This document shows positions 29,913-38,737 of a stretch of 64,000 nucleotides of DNA, piece after piece; position 1 is the stretch's first letter, and each line of letters opens with the position of its first letter. The DNA lies in IMG/VR virus record IMGVR_UViG_3300050821_014313, positions 4,677-68,676 of that record; one strand, given 5' to 3'. The translations under genes were made by a program, and so were the position numbers. The notes below the pieces were generated by a model. The model was not told the DNA's origin and made no database searches. It saw only the letters and a list, made by a program, of their open reading frames with translations. This stretch comes from a virus.

Positions 29913-30082
29913 GCTCTTCCTCCACAATACGGACAGTAGTTGGGCTCGTTGCCTTGAGCGTAAGCCGCTGTTCGTGTGTGCTCAGGATCGAATGGATCTA
30001 CTCGCCCAATCCTTACCTGCGCCCCACACTCCGAGCACTTAAACTCATTGATAACTGCACCCTGAACATACGCTAGTGTCAT
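29909..30082 (-). CDS. 57-aa zinc-ribbon peptide
   Basis: Read by hand: CSECG...NYCPYCG; ATGA overlaps on both sides. Confidence 0.6.
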   Translation of the reverse strand: MTLAYVQGAVINEFKCSECGAQVRIGRVDPFDPEHTRTAAYAQGNEPNYCPYCGGRA

Positions 30083-31089
30083 GGCTTATTCTTTTCCTCG
30101 AACCTATCCCAACACGGCGCGCAACCGCATCTCGGCGCACGCTTCCCTAAGTACCGCTTGTAGGATTTGCACGCCTCCACCGCGAGTTCACTAGGCCGAG
30201 CGTGTCGTGCAGCACGTCTGACTCGGGTCTCGAGGCTGCTTGGGAAGAACTCGTCGTCGCTTTCTTCCTTCTTTTTCTTCCCTGCTTTAGCCTTCGCGAT
30301 GAATCGTTCTTTGTACTTCTTGACCCACTCCGGTCCCACGTTAACGTAGTGACCGCGCCACTTGGTGACGTTAGCGCCAAAACGGGCAAAGGCTTGGACG
30401 GCTTTCCCACCAAGCAAACCGATAACCCTGCGCCCTTGCGTAGCAAAATCTCTGATCTTTTCCATGTCCTTGACTTGTAGTGGAAGCGGAGTAATTTCAC
30501 GCAACAACCCTGCGGGGTGAAGTGAGAACACGAGGGTATCGGGCCGAAACTCGTCCAATCGATCGTATTGTCGGCAGCATAGCTCGGCGGACGTTTTGAT
30601 TGCTCCAGTAGGATAAGCGGCTCCTTGCTTGCTTTTGGGCGGTAAGCATCGGATTGTGTTATCAAGAAATACTTCGCTTCGGCTGATCCCGCTTTTTGGC
30701 CACGCCTGATACTGCAACTGAGACCCCGATGGGCCAACCACAGGCGCGCCTGATTCGATGAACTTGGGATCCATTTCTGGATAAGCTCTTCGTCGCTCAT
30801 TACGTTCCTCATTTACCTCTTTCTCCGTTGCAAAGAAAGCTCGGTCTTTAACCGCTCGCAAAGCGAAGCTAGTCTCTTCCCGCCCGGGAGCTTCCAAGAT
30901 AAACGCGTAGCGAGCGTTTCGTGGCGAGCCTGTTCCGAGCACAAATCCCTTAGATAACGACTCGAAAGTATGCTGGCCATCGGGGCAAGCCGATGCCTCT
31001 TTGTGATCTTCAAGCTTCTCCTTACAATGCCGACAAGTCACCGCCAGCAAACAGCCAGAGGCATAACAGCTTTCTGGCTTGTCTTTCAC
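30079..31089 (-). CDS. uracil-DNA glycosylase family 4-like protein (rearranged)
   Basis: LEAPGREE, PVVGPSG, NTIRCLPP, HPAGLLR, LGGKA, WRG motifs; GTG start overlaps the upstream stop. Confidence 0.8.
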   Translation of the reverse strand: MKDKPESCYASGCLLAVTCRHCKEKLEDHKEASACPDGQHTFESLSKGFVLGTGSPRNARYAFILEAPGREETSFALRAVKDRAFFATEKEVNEERNERRRAYPEMDPKFIESGAPVVGPSGSQLQYQAWPKSGISRSEVFLDNTIRCLPPKSKQGAAYPTGAIKTSAELCCRQYDRLDEFRPDTLVFSLHPAGLLREITPLPLQVKDMEKIRDFATQGRRVIGLLGGKAVQAFARFGANVTKWRGHYVNVGPEWVKKYKERFIAKAKAGKKKKEESDDEFFPSSLETRVRRAARHARPSELAVEACKSYKRYLGKRAPRCGCAPCWDRFEEKNKP

Positions 31090-31331
31090 TCTGCGTATCC
31101 ATCGGCTTGCGTCTGCGCGACCGTACTCTCGTGCGTTTCCTGGCACTCGCTGCAGCCCACGCGCTTATGCTCCAAACAAGAGCTCAGACCGATAAACGTC
31201 GCGTCCAGCAACTCTCGAGTAGCGATTGCGATCGTGCGATAAATCGTCGTATCGTCCGCGCCCGTTGTTGCTTTGAGCTCAGCATAGATGTTGTTGATGC
31301 TTTCTTCGGCGTTGAATTTCATGCGGCTCTC

Positions 31332-32816
31332 CTATTCTTCGATATAAATAAGCTCGTTCATCGCACGAGTTTTTGCGACGTACTTCAAGTTTCCTTCTTG
31401 ATCCGGCACCCCGGGCTTCGACCACTTCCCAATCAACCCGTACTTAAGAATGAAGACTCGGTTCCACTCCTTACCCTTAGCTTTATGAATAGTGCTGAGT
31501 ACGATTTTGTTTGGATTCGCGTCGTCATCGAAAAGATTCAAGATTCGCGCAAGCAACGCGTCGACCGACTGCGATCGCATCTGACGAGTAAACACTCGAA
31601 TAGTATCGACGCGATCTTGTAGACTGTTGACCTTCCATGACTTGCCTTCGCGTAGCAACCGAGACCGCTCAGACTCAAGATGTGCTGCGAGCTTTGACTC
31701 GAGCTCAAGCACCGTCGCTGCGTGCATCTTCTTGACTAGTGAGATCAGACCCTTGCCGATGTCGCGTCCGAGCACTCTGCACGGAATGTCTTTGGCGATT
31801 AACTTGAACGCGTGCTCGACTAACGGAGCGTTTAACCGGCAGAGAATAACGTCCTCTTTCGCGTAATCCTCAGGCTCGTAGCTGTAGCTGTGCTCGACTC
31901 GTCCGTCAGGCGCGCCGGCTCGTGGCTGCAACCACTCAACTTGCTCGTTCGCGTCCTCAACAATCAGCCGTGCGCACCGATAGCTCACGCTGAGCGGCAG
32001 CTCCTCGGCGGCAAACTCCTGCTTAAGCAACTCCATCGAGTCTGTGCCAGCTCCGCGGAAACCATAAATCGCTTGGTTAGGATCCCCAATCGCAATCAGC
32101 CGGCCGTCCTTAACCAACGATCGTCTGATGATCTCTCTCTGAATCTCGTTTACGTCCTGAGCCTCGTCGACAAACAAATACTCGTACCGTTTGAACGGAG
32201 CGTCCGCAACCACCGGCATGTATAGCTGATCGTTGAAATCGATCACTTGACCGCTCATTGCGATAGACTCGACGAGCACGCGCCTTGCGGTCGCTATCGC
32301 TCGGTGCCTAGCTACCTTCCCAAAATCGAGATCGAACTCCTCGGCTAGGTCGAGCCAGTTGTAGTCGCTGTCCTCGACGAGACCTTTCAGGTGCGCGGTC
32401 TCAGCCGCCCTCGGCACGAGCCCAACTCCTTTCGCGAGAGCTACGAGCTTCGTCACGTCCTCACGAAACTCGCTATTGTAGCTGTCGGGCTGCGCACGAA
32501 CCAACGCGCTCACCTTAAACTTATCGAGCTTGGCGTATTGTCCGTTATGCATGTACCACGCAGAGTTGCCCAGGCTGTTGAAGGTCTTCGCTTTGTCCTT
32601 CCCGAGCTTACCCTCGAGCACCAGCTGTATGTCCTTGTTGAACGCCAGGAACTTCGCGGAGCTGTGCTTCATCACGCGCTTGAACCCTACGACTCCGGTC
32701 GTAGTCTTCCCGGCTCCTGCTCCAGCCTTAACAATCAAGCTTCGGTCGTCGTTCTCAAGGAAGTCGAATATTGCTTCCTGCTCGGGCGAGAAAACTCTTT
32801 CGTCTACTGCGTTCAT
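31332..32816 (-). CDS. UvrD/Rep-like superfamily 1 helicase
   Basis: AGAGAGKTT, LAFN, VDEAQD, GDPNQAIYGFRGA, SYRC, STIHKAKGKEW, YVAKTRA motifs. Confidence 0.93.
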   Translation of the reverse strand: MNAVDERVFSPEQEAIFDFLENDDRSLIVKAGAGAGKTTTGVVGFKRVMKHSSAKFLAFNKDIQLVLEGKLGKDKAKTFNSLGNSAWYMHNGQYAKLDKFKVSALVRAQPDSYNSEFREDVTKLVALAKGVGLVPRAAETAHLKGLVEDSDYNWLDLAEEFDLDFGKVARHRAIATARRVLVESIAMSGQVIDFNDQLYMPVVADAPFKRYEYLFVDEAQDVNEIQREIIRRSLVKDGRLIAIGDPNQAIYGFRGAGTDSMELLKQEFAAEELPLSVSYRCARLIVEDANEQVEWLQPRAGAPDGRVEHSYSYEPEDYAKEDVILCRLNAPLVEHAFKLIAKDIPCRVLGRDIGKGLISLVKKMHAATVLELESKLAAHLESERSRLLREGKSWKVNSLQDRVDTIRVFTRQMRSQSVDALLARILNLFDDDANPNKIVLSTIHKAKGKEWNRVFILKYGLIGKWSKPGVPDQEGNLKYVAKTRAMNELIYIEE

Positions 32817-32989
32817 CGTACCCTCGATCGAATAAGAAAAATCAGTGCGTCGGCTTGCGCCTGCGTAAGATTCACTCCGGCGAGCTGCCGCCATATTGAG
32901 CTTACCCAAGGAGAGATTTTCTCCCCTGTCTCCCTAAATACTCCACTCCGCCTAAGCATCTCGTCTAGCGAGTTTCTAGTCTTCTTCAT
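32813..32989 (-). CDS. 58-aa hypothetical protein
   Basis: Read by hand (MKKTRNSLDE...); ATGA overlap with the helicase start; preceded by AACCAG. Confidence 0.5.
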   Translation of the reverse strand: MKKTRNSLDEMLRRSGVFRETGEKISPWVSSIWRQLAGVNLTQAQADALIFLIRSRVR

Positions 32990-32998
32990 CTGGTTGAA

Positions 32999-33170
32999 AA
33001 CGAGGACGACTCAAAGGGGTTATGTGATTTCCTCTGTCCGTCCTCGTGCTCCAGGCTAGCCCCTGGCGGCAACGGATGCAGGCCTACGACCGTCCTGCGT
33101 CTGATCCGTCTCAGTCGATGAGGTAGCTTATATCCCGCTTAAACCCATCCTCTGCGGTGCAACGTTGCGT
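32999..33170 (-). ncRNA. candidate structured leader or small RNA
   Basis: Stems ACGAGGACG/CGTCCTCGT, CCAGG/CCTGG and GATGCAGG/CCTGCGTC, directly downstream of a promoter-like motif. Confidence 0.4.
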
Positions 33171-33177
33171 GTACTAA

Positions 33178-33207
33178 GTTAGATATTAGTTCACTGCAAA
33201 AGGTTGC
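33178..33207 (-). promoter_or_regulatory. ECF-sigma-like promoter, copy 1
   Basis: Minus strand GCAACC-N18-TCTAAC. Confidence 0.5.
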
Positions 33208-33215
33208 AAAATTAT

Positions 33216-33237
33216 GGGGAGCCCTCTCAGACTCCCC
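33216..33237 (-). terminator. GC-rich hairpin downstream of the putative SSB gene
   Basis: GGGGAG...CTCCCC flanked by T/A-rich tracts. Confidence 0.5.
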
Positions 33238-33288
33238 TTTTCTCGTAGTCGAAGGGTGATCAGCTCCTAAACACTACGAAAATTGTTG

Positions 33289-33894
33289 TTACTGCTCGAA
33301 CAACTTGATGTACCCGCCCTTTTTGAAGGCCTTAGGAGCTGCCGCGTCTTCCCGCTTCATAATCCCCTTAACCTCCAACCGCTTCGCGAACCGTGGCTCG
33401 GCTTTCTTGTTCACGTTCCGATAGAACGCGATCTCCAGGCCGGTCAGCAGCAGTGCGTAGTTATTCACTACTTCCTCGATCGTCGTGGGCTTCTTAGTGA
33501 GCCCTTCGACGGTCCGGGGAGTGCGACCAAGATCCCTCGCGATTCCTCGGAGCTGTTCGAGAAACGCATCGCCGTCGGCGTTCGCAATGCCGATGCGGTA
33601 CGACATTTGTGCCGACTCAGGCAGAGTCGAAGCATCAACATCGACGTTCTCGTAGTACCCCCGTGGCAGAATCATCTTGTACTCGAATTCGCCAGTCGGG
33701 ACGTTCTCGCTCCGGAGCTTGATCACGAACTGCGCCGGCCAGTCTTCGTTCTCGGTCGGGTTCAAATACACGGCCTCAATCGTCCCAAAGTGCACATCCG
33801 GCACTGCGGGCGGCGTCGGTAGATCCGACGTAGTGAAAAAATCTGCGTCCGGATCCTGCGCTCCTGTTCCAACCTCAACTTCGACTTCACTCAT
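33289..33894 (-). CDS. putative single-stranded DNA-binding protein
   Basis: Strong AAGGAGG RBS; directly follows the Sak4-like ATPase cluster; assignment is positional. Confidence 0.45.
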   Translation of the reverse strand: MSEVEVEVGTGAQDPDADFFTTSDLPTPPAVPDVHFGTIEAVYLNPTENEDWPAQFVIKLRSENVPTGEFEYKMILPRGYYENVDVDASTLPESAQMSYRIGIANADGDAFLEQLRGIARDLGRTPRTVEGLTKKPTTIEEVVNNYALLLTGLEIAFYRNVNKKAEPRFAKRLEVKGIMKREDAAAPKAFKKGGYIKLFEQ

Positions 33895-33925
33895 TGTGCT
33901 TCCTCCTTAAGGATTACTGCGTTTG

Positions 33926-34114
33926 TGGACCGATTACGTGTGTACCGCTGCCCCACATCGGTCCAAGGGCCAAGACTAGAGTACGAAAGCTGCTTTCGCT
34001 CACGTTTACCCGCTAGCCTCGTGCGGTTTCCCTTCTAGCTCGGTGCTCACCAGATTACGAGCTCGGCGAGGATGTCCTCACCGGAGGAAGGCATTACCTC
34101 CAACCTCCGAGCTA
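33926..34114 (-). ncRNA. candidate structured 5' leader of the putative SSB gene
   Basis: Stems TGGACCGAT/ATCGGTCCA, CGAAAGC/GCTTTCG, TAGCTCGG/CCGAGCTA. Confidence 0.4.
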
Positions 34115-34375
34115 AGGTCGATAGTTCGTTCGTGCGTATTCTGCAAGAGGTCTGCCGGCTTTGCCTCGCTGCCAAGGCTGCTGCGGCGTGCCGTCCTTAC
34201 GCTTACGTCTGTTGCGATTCGCGATTCTCCGCTTTTCCCCGCAGTCCGTACAGACTCTCTTAAACGGCGAGTCGCCTCGGTCGCGTGCGCACCAAATGCA
34301 CTTGCCTGCCCGCCAGACCCGGATCTGCCAGATAGTCTGCCGGGAATACTTACGCTTTTGTTTCTTCTCGCTCAC
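34112..34375 (-). CDS. basic zinc-finger protein
   Basis: CIWC...CTDC; Arg/Lys-rich. Confidence 0.6.
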   Translation of the reverse strand: MSEKKQKRKYSRQTIWQIRVWRAGKCIWCARDRGDSPFKRVCTDCGEKRRIANRNRRKRKDGTPQQPWQRGKAGRPLAEYARTNYRP

Positions 34376-35436
34376 GGTTGTTTAGGCAGACTGCTCTTCG
34401 CCGCCTTGATCCTCTCCCAAACCGCCCTGAGCTCCATCGCTTCCTCGAGCTTGACCACCTTCTTATCAACCGGCAGAAGCTCGAGAGCTAGTGGCAGCTT
34501 ACGCTTGGCAAAGATCTCACGAATGAACGTCTCGGGCTTACCTTTCTGATTCAGCTTTGAGTACTGCAAGCTGCTCCGCGACGTGATCATCTTCCACTTC
34601 CGCGGGTCGAGATAAAACACGTACTCCATCTCGGCGGTGAGCAAGTTGCTGATGCCGCTGCTTAGCGCAGGAACTATCGTCTCGCGGTTCTCGGCCCCGT
34701 ACGCAGTGACTTTACTCAGTCCAATAAATATCGTATGCATCGGCTTGCGCTTGAGCGAGTTAAGAATCTCGCGAAACGCGACATTGCTGTTGCCGTAGAT
34801 CTTGCGGCCGTCGCGGAGCTCCTTGCCTTCGTCGTCCGTCCGGTTGTCGTCGACAATCAACTCCGCGCCTTCCGTTGTGTCGTCGATGATCAGCGTACGC
34901 TCGGCGCTCTTCTCCCAGGCCAGCAGATTCGCTCGCTCGGTCTCGTTCAGTCCTGGCGCATCGTAAACCCACTTCGCCGCCGCCTCGGGATTCTGCAACG
35001 CCCACAGCAGTCCATCCGCACTGTCAACTTGCACAAACGGGTAACCTTCGTCGCGCACCGGCATCAGCTGTTCTTTACCACGCGTAAGCACGAAGAAGGT
35101 ATTCTTCGGTCCACTGAACGCCGACGCAGTAGTAGTCTTCCTTGTGTCCGTCTCTCCGTACAGCAACAAATGCATGAACCCGGACTCGATCTCCCGGGAG
35201 CTGCCTCTTTTGACTCCCGCTGGCGGCGCAACTCTACTGCCTACGCTCGCGTTGACCGTAGCAGCTACTGTTGGCTTCGGCGCTTGCAACGGCAGCTGTT
35301 TAGGCTGAACTACGACGGCAGACTTTACTCCGACCGTCGCAGCGGGCGAGACAGCGCCAGCTAACGGCGTACCCGCCGTCGTCATCTCTGTCTTCGCTTC
35401 TCCGACTACTGGACCCGAATCGGTCAAGCTATTCAT
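34372..35436 (-). CDS. Sak4-like / AAA_24 P-loop ATPase (recombinase-like)
   Basis: LLLYGETDTRKTT (variant Walker A), LIIDDTTE Walker B, next to a RecB/Cas4-like nuclease. Confidence 0.7.
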   Translation of the reverse strand: MNSLTDSGPVVGEAKTEMTTAGTPLAGAVSPAATVGVKSAVVVQPKQLPLQAPKPTVAATVNASVGSRVAPPAGVKRGSSREIESGFMHLLLYGETDTRKTTTASAFSGPKNTFFVLTRGKEQLMPVRDEGYPFVQVDSADGLLWALQNPEAAAKWVYDAPGLNETERANLLAWEKSAERTLIIDDTTEGAELIVDDNRTDDEGKELRDGRKIYGNSNVAFREILNSLKRKPMHTIFIGLSKVTAYGAENRETIVPALSSGISNLLTAEMEYVFYLDPRKWKMITSRSSLQYSKLNQKGKPETFIREIFAKRKLPLALELLPVDKKVVKLEEAMELRAVWERIKAAKSSLPKQP

Positions 35437-35473
35437 GTTTTCTCCTGATAAAGTAATTATACCACTGCAAACC

Positions 35474-35776
35474 TTAATCGCGCAACTTTAGCACCGCGTT
35501 GACTAGGGCGGTCTGAGAGTACAAATCGATTGCGGCTTTCATTGCTGTGTCTAGGCCTTCGGTTTGGTCGGCGTGCTCGGCCGCGATTCTCCATCGCACG
35601 TACTTTCTTCCTACTGCCGGTACAACAACCGTCGCTGCAGCTACCGGCACGCTCATCGCGATGTGCAGCGGCGTGCGCCAGACTGCCCTTTTCCAGTCCC
35701 GTTGAAACGCAGGACACGGAATAGTCTGCGCCGCCGCGGCCGCCGTCAGTACTAACCAAACCGCGAGCTGTTTCAC
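35474..35776 (-). CDS. secreted or membrane hypothetical protein
   Basis: Leader MKQLAVWLVLTAAAAA/Q; internal hydrophobic segment. Confidence 0.55.
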   Translation of the reverse strand: MKQLAVWLVLTAAAAAQTIPCPAFQRDWKRAVWRTPLHIAMSVPVAAATVVVPAVGRKYVRWRIAAEHADQTEGLDTAMKAAIDLYSQTALVNAVLKLRD

Positions 35777-36069
35777 CGCAGACCCTCAGCAAGCAGTGCT
35801 TCGCTCCCGCCGGCACGCTCTAACGCTCGTACTGCTATTGCTGCTATCTTTACGATCTGTTTTAGACTCGGCCGGTTGTCTCCCGCGACATTCCAATCGA
35901 CCATCGCTTTGTCGACGTAGATCTGGAGCAGTACAAGATGGCTCGTTACGTCTTTGTCGCGATCCGCGCGAGTTCGGCCGCTCGATAATTCCTCGTTTGG
36001 GTTGTACGTGCGATCCTGATACGCACGCTCGATATTTACAATGCCTATCGCTTGTTCTCTCGTCATCAT
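35773..36069 (-). CDS. MazG-like helical protein (possibly inactive)
   Basis: ERAYQD...KIAAIAVRALE pattern; the acidic catalytic cluster is not evident. Confidence 0.5.
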   Translation of the reverse strand: MMTREQAIGIVNIERAYQDRTYNPNEELSSGRTRADRDKDVTSHLVLLQIYVDKAMVDWNVAGDNRPSLKQIVKIAAIAVRALERAGGSEALLAEGLR

Positions 36070-37049
36070 TTTGTCTTCTCCTGTTGCTCTTCCTTGATCA
36101 TCCGGTAGAACTCGCTATAACCAGCATGAGCTACTGTGCCGACGTGCATTCCTGCGACCGAGTTAGACTCTTCGTTGTCTTTCTCAGACATAGATCCGGA
36201 GACGATTCTGTGCAGTTCTAAACACTGACTCGCCATGTCGTAGCTGCTCGCGGAGAGCACGACTAGATTAGGATTGTCGAACCGATCTGGATCGATATGC
36301 GGGACCGCAAGGACCGTCGCTGGATCACTTTCGTCGAACAGCAACTGCTTGTCCTCGCCCTCGAGCACCGTTGGCGGCTCATGCTTCGAGCAAAACTTAT
36401 CGAGCATGCTGCATGTTCGGTTGAACGGAAAGCATTGCTTCCCCGGCAACTGAAAAGGCACTATCCCGGCTTTTCTCGCGCACCTTATTTGCTCAGCTTT
36501 GGCAAGGAATCCGTTCCTAATACTTTGGAGCGCGTTGCTGTCGAAGCTGTAGACTCCGGTGTCTTCGCTTGGCCAGAACCTAACGGGGTTGCTTTTGACG
36601 GCGGCTCGGACACGAACACGAGAATTCGCGGTTGGCTCGTTCGCAAAACTGAAATGCTCACCACTCCGGTCGTAGAAATCAGCTCCCGCAATTGCTGCAG
36701 CATACAATCCCACTTGGGATCCAGTGGAAATCTCTCGTAACCAGACTTCTTCGTTCCACCAACTACTATCCCTTCCGCGGGAATCTTTTCTCGGTTCTTT
36801 GACGTTTTTCCACTCATTCCCAAAAACTCCCTTCGCGTCGCGCATGATTACATCCTGCACGCCGATCGCAAGCGTGTTCTGGTCAAGCTCAAGCACAAAC
36901 CCACACTCGACTGCCACAATCTCGTACTGACTGTCTTCGTCGTAGAACTCCTTCGCCCATTCGTCGACTAAGTTTGCCCCGGTCTCAAGCGCCAGCGGCG
37001 GCAGACCCGTCGCCATAATCGCTGCGTTGATTCTGTCAGGATCGATCAT
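36066..37049 (-). CDS. PD-(D/E)XK RecB/Cas4-like exonuclease, circularly permuted
   Basis: AVE, GVQD, NEWK, QVGLY motifs; three-Cys cluster followed by LSASS...C...GTVAH. Confidence 0.8.
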   Translation of the reverse strand: MIDPDRINAAIMATGLPPLALETGANLVDEWAKEFYDEDSQYEIVAVECGFVLELDQNTLAIGVQDVIMRDAKGVFGNEWKNVKEPRKDSRGRDSSWWNEEVWLREISTGSQVGLYAAAIAGADFYDRSGEHFSFANEPTANSRVRVRAAVKSNPVRFWPSEDTGVYSFDSNALQSIRNGFLAKAEQIRCARKAGIVPFQLPGKQCFPFNRTCSMLDKFCSKHEPPTVLEGEDKQLLFDESDPATVLAVPHIDPDRFDNPNLVVLSASSYDMASQCLELHRIVSGSMSEKDNEESNSVAGMHVGTVAHAGYSEFYRMIKEEQQEKTK

Positions 37050-37237
37050 CTTCTTCCTCAGTCTTCGCTGCCAACTTGTACTCGCCCAACGACATCACCG
37101 CACAGATAAGCGCGCCGCTGCCGTCGTAGACCGCAATAGAGTCTCCGAACTCAATCAGCTTCGCCTCTATTGCGATCGTCGCGGTCTCGCCGGTTCGCTT
37201 GTTCGTGAACACGTACTCTTGCTTCACGCAGGCTCTC

Positions 37238-37651
37238 CTACTTTTTTGTTGGGGCAGTTGCGGCCGGTGCTGCTGCTGGCGCTTTGGCTTTGAGCAAAAA
37301 CTTAAACCCCGCTGTGTCGGCTTCGTACTGATCCTTGCTCAAACCGCTTTCTTTCCACGAGGCTTCGATCGCCGCATCAAGCAGCTTCTGGCTGTTCTTC
37401 TCGTCGTTGTCGGCGTCGGCTTTCGCCTTGCTCAGCCGCTCGCTCAGTCTCTGCGCCTCGATTTGCAGCTCCTGCAGCCCGCCTTGAGCTTCCATCTGAG
37501 CCTTAACCGCTTTATCATGCGCGACCTCGGCTTTGAGAATCTGAGTCTCTGCTGCCTGCGACATTGGAACTTCTTTCTTTGGAGCGTCGTCAGCAAGTAG
37601 ACCAACCACGCACGCCAATAACATCACTCCGGCAAAACCTACTTTATTCAT
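37238..37651 (-). CDS. exported coiled-coil protein
   Basis: Signal peptide MNKVGFAGVMLLACVVGLLA; helical Ala/Glu/Lys-rich body. Confidence 0.6.
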   Translation of the reverse strand: MNKVGFAGVMLLACVVGLLADDAPKKEVPMSQAAETQILKAEVAHDKAVKAQMEAQGGLQELQIEAQRLSERLSKAKADADNDEKNSQKLLDAAIEASWKESGLSKDQYEADTAGFKFLLKAKAPAAAPAATAPTKK

Positions 37652-38100
37652 TTCCTTTTCTTCTCCTTAGGTAATTTCGCTTCTTCTGCCCGCATCCACT
37701 GCGTGCAAATTTTTGTCGCTTTCTCGAGCTTCTCGGCTCGACCAAGGTTCTCGATACTGGCTGTTGGACAAATCGGCTGCGAGATTCCTTCGTACTTCGC
37801 GCATCCCTCGGGCCAGTTCTCCTTCCAACCGATTACTACGTAATCTGGTCGAACGTTCGCGCCTGTTTGCTGCGTAACCTTGCACCCGATTTTTGGCGGT
37901 TGCGCAGCCGGCGCGGTCGTGTCTGTGCAGTGCGCAAAGACCGCCGCTAGCACTACCAGTCCCACGAGCATCGCTGTTGCAGTCCACCCGGGCCCGAGCT
38001 CAAGGAGAATTCTGCGCTTGGGCTGCGGCGGCTCCTCGCACTCGCACTGAATGCGCTTTCTCCACGCTTTGTTCGAATCGCGTTGTTGTTCCTCGTTCAT
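37648..38100 (-). CDS. single-pass membrane protein with Cys-rich external domain
   Basis: TM segment WTATAMLVGLVVLAAVFA followed by several Cys. Confidence 0.55.
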   Translation of the reverse strand: MNEEQQRDSNKAWRKRIQCECEEPPQPKRRILLELGPGWTATAMLVGLVVLAAVFAHCTDTTAPAAQPPKIGCKVTQQTGANVRPDYVVIGWKENWPEGCAKYEGISQPICPTASIENLGRAEKLEKATKICTQWMRAEEAKLPKEKKRK

Positions 38101-38287
38101 GGCACTTGCCTCAACACTTCCCACTGCTCCGAAGGAATAAACAATAACAACTGATTATCCATGCTCAGCGTAACCGCTCCCGAGCTATCGCGCACAAACT
38201 TCACACGCTTGATCGTTGTTCCTGAGTCGTCGCGAAAGCTCACCGGCCATTCAAAGACGATGTTTTCGAAGTTTGGTTTTACGTCGT

Positions 38288-38707
38288 TCATTCGCTGTCC
38301 GTTAGTACAATCTTTCCGGCGTTCTTCGGCACGAGCAACCCGGACTTTTCCGCCTTCTCTCCGGTCATCGCTGCAGCTGCTTCTGCGTACTGCTGCATCG
38401 CGTTTTCGATCCGGATTCGCGCAGCAGTTAGCCCTACTCCGATCTCTTCGAGCAGTGCGCGTTTTTCGGCTGTCTCCGCACAAATCACTGCGGTCTGTTT
38501 ATCCTCGTGCTCCAGTCCTTTGGCTTCGTTTTCCTCGCATGTCTTTGCGATACTGCGTACGCACATCAGCAGCACGTCGGACGGAAACATCCTGACTGCT
38601 ACCCCGAGCCTCGCCGCAGCCTCGATAATCTGCTGGTAAGTCTGCGGAGAGATTGTCTGCGGAGCAGCCTTCTTCTCTTCCTCGTGCTTATTCTGATGTT
38701 TGTTCAT
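38288..38707 (-). CDS. hypothetical helical protein
   Basis: 139-aa ORF preceded by AACCCAG. Confidence 0.6.
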   Translation of the reverse strand: MNKHQNKHEEEKKAAPQTISPQTYQQIIEAAARLGVAVRMFPSDVLLMCVRSIAKTCEENEAKGLEHEDKQTAVICAETAEKRALLEEIGVGLTAARIRIENAMQQYAEAAAAMTGEKAEKSGLLVPKNAGKIVLTDSE

Positions 38708-38737
38708 CTGGGTTGGGCCGCTCTCGCGACCCTACAG

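Noticed and set aside
36066-37049. CRISPR-Cas association of the Cas4-like nuclease
   Set aside because: No repeat-spacer array or other cas genes were seen, and the context is a phage recombination module.
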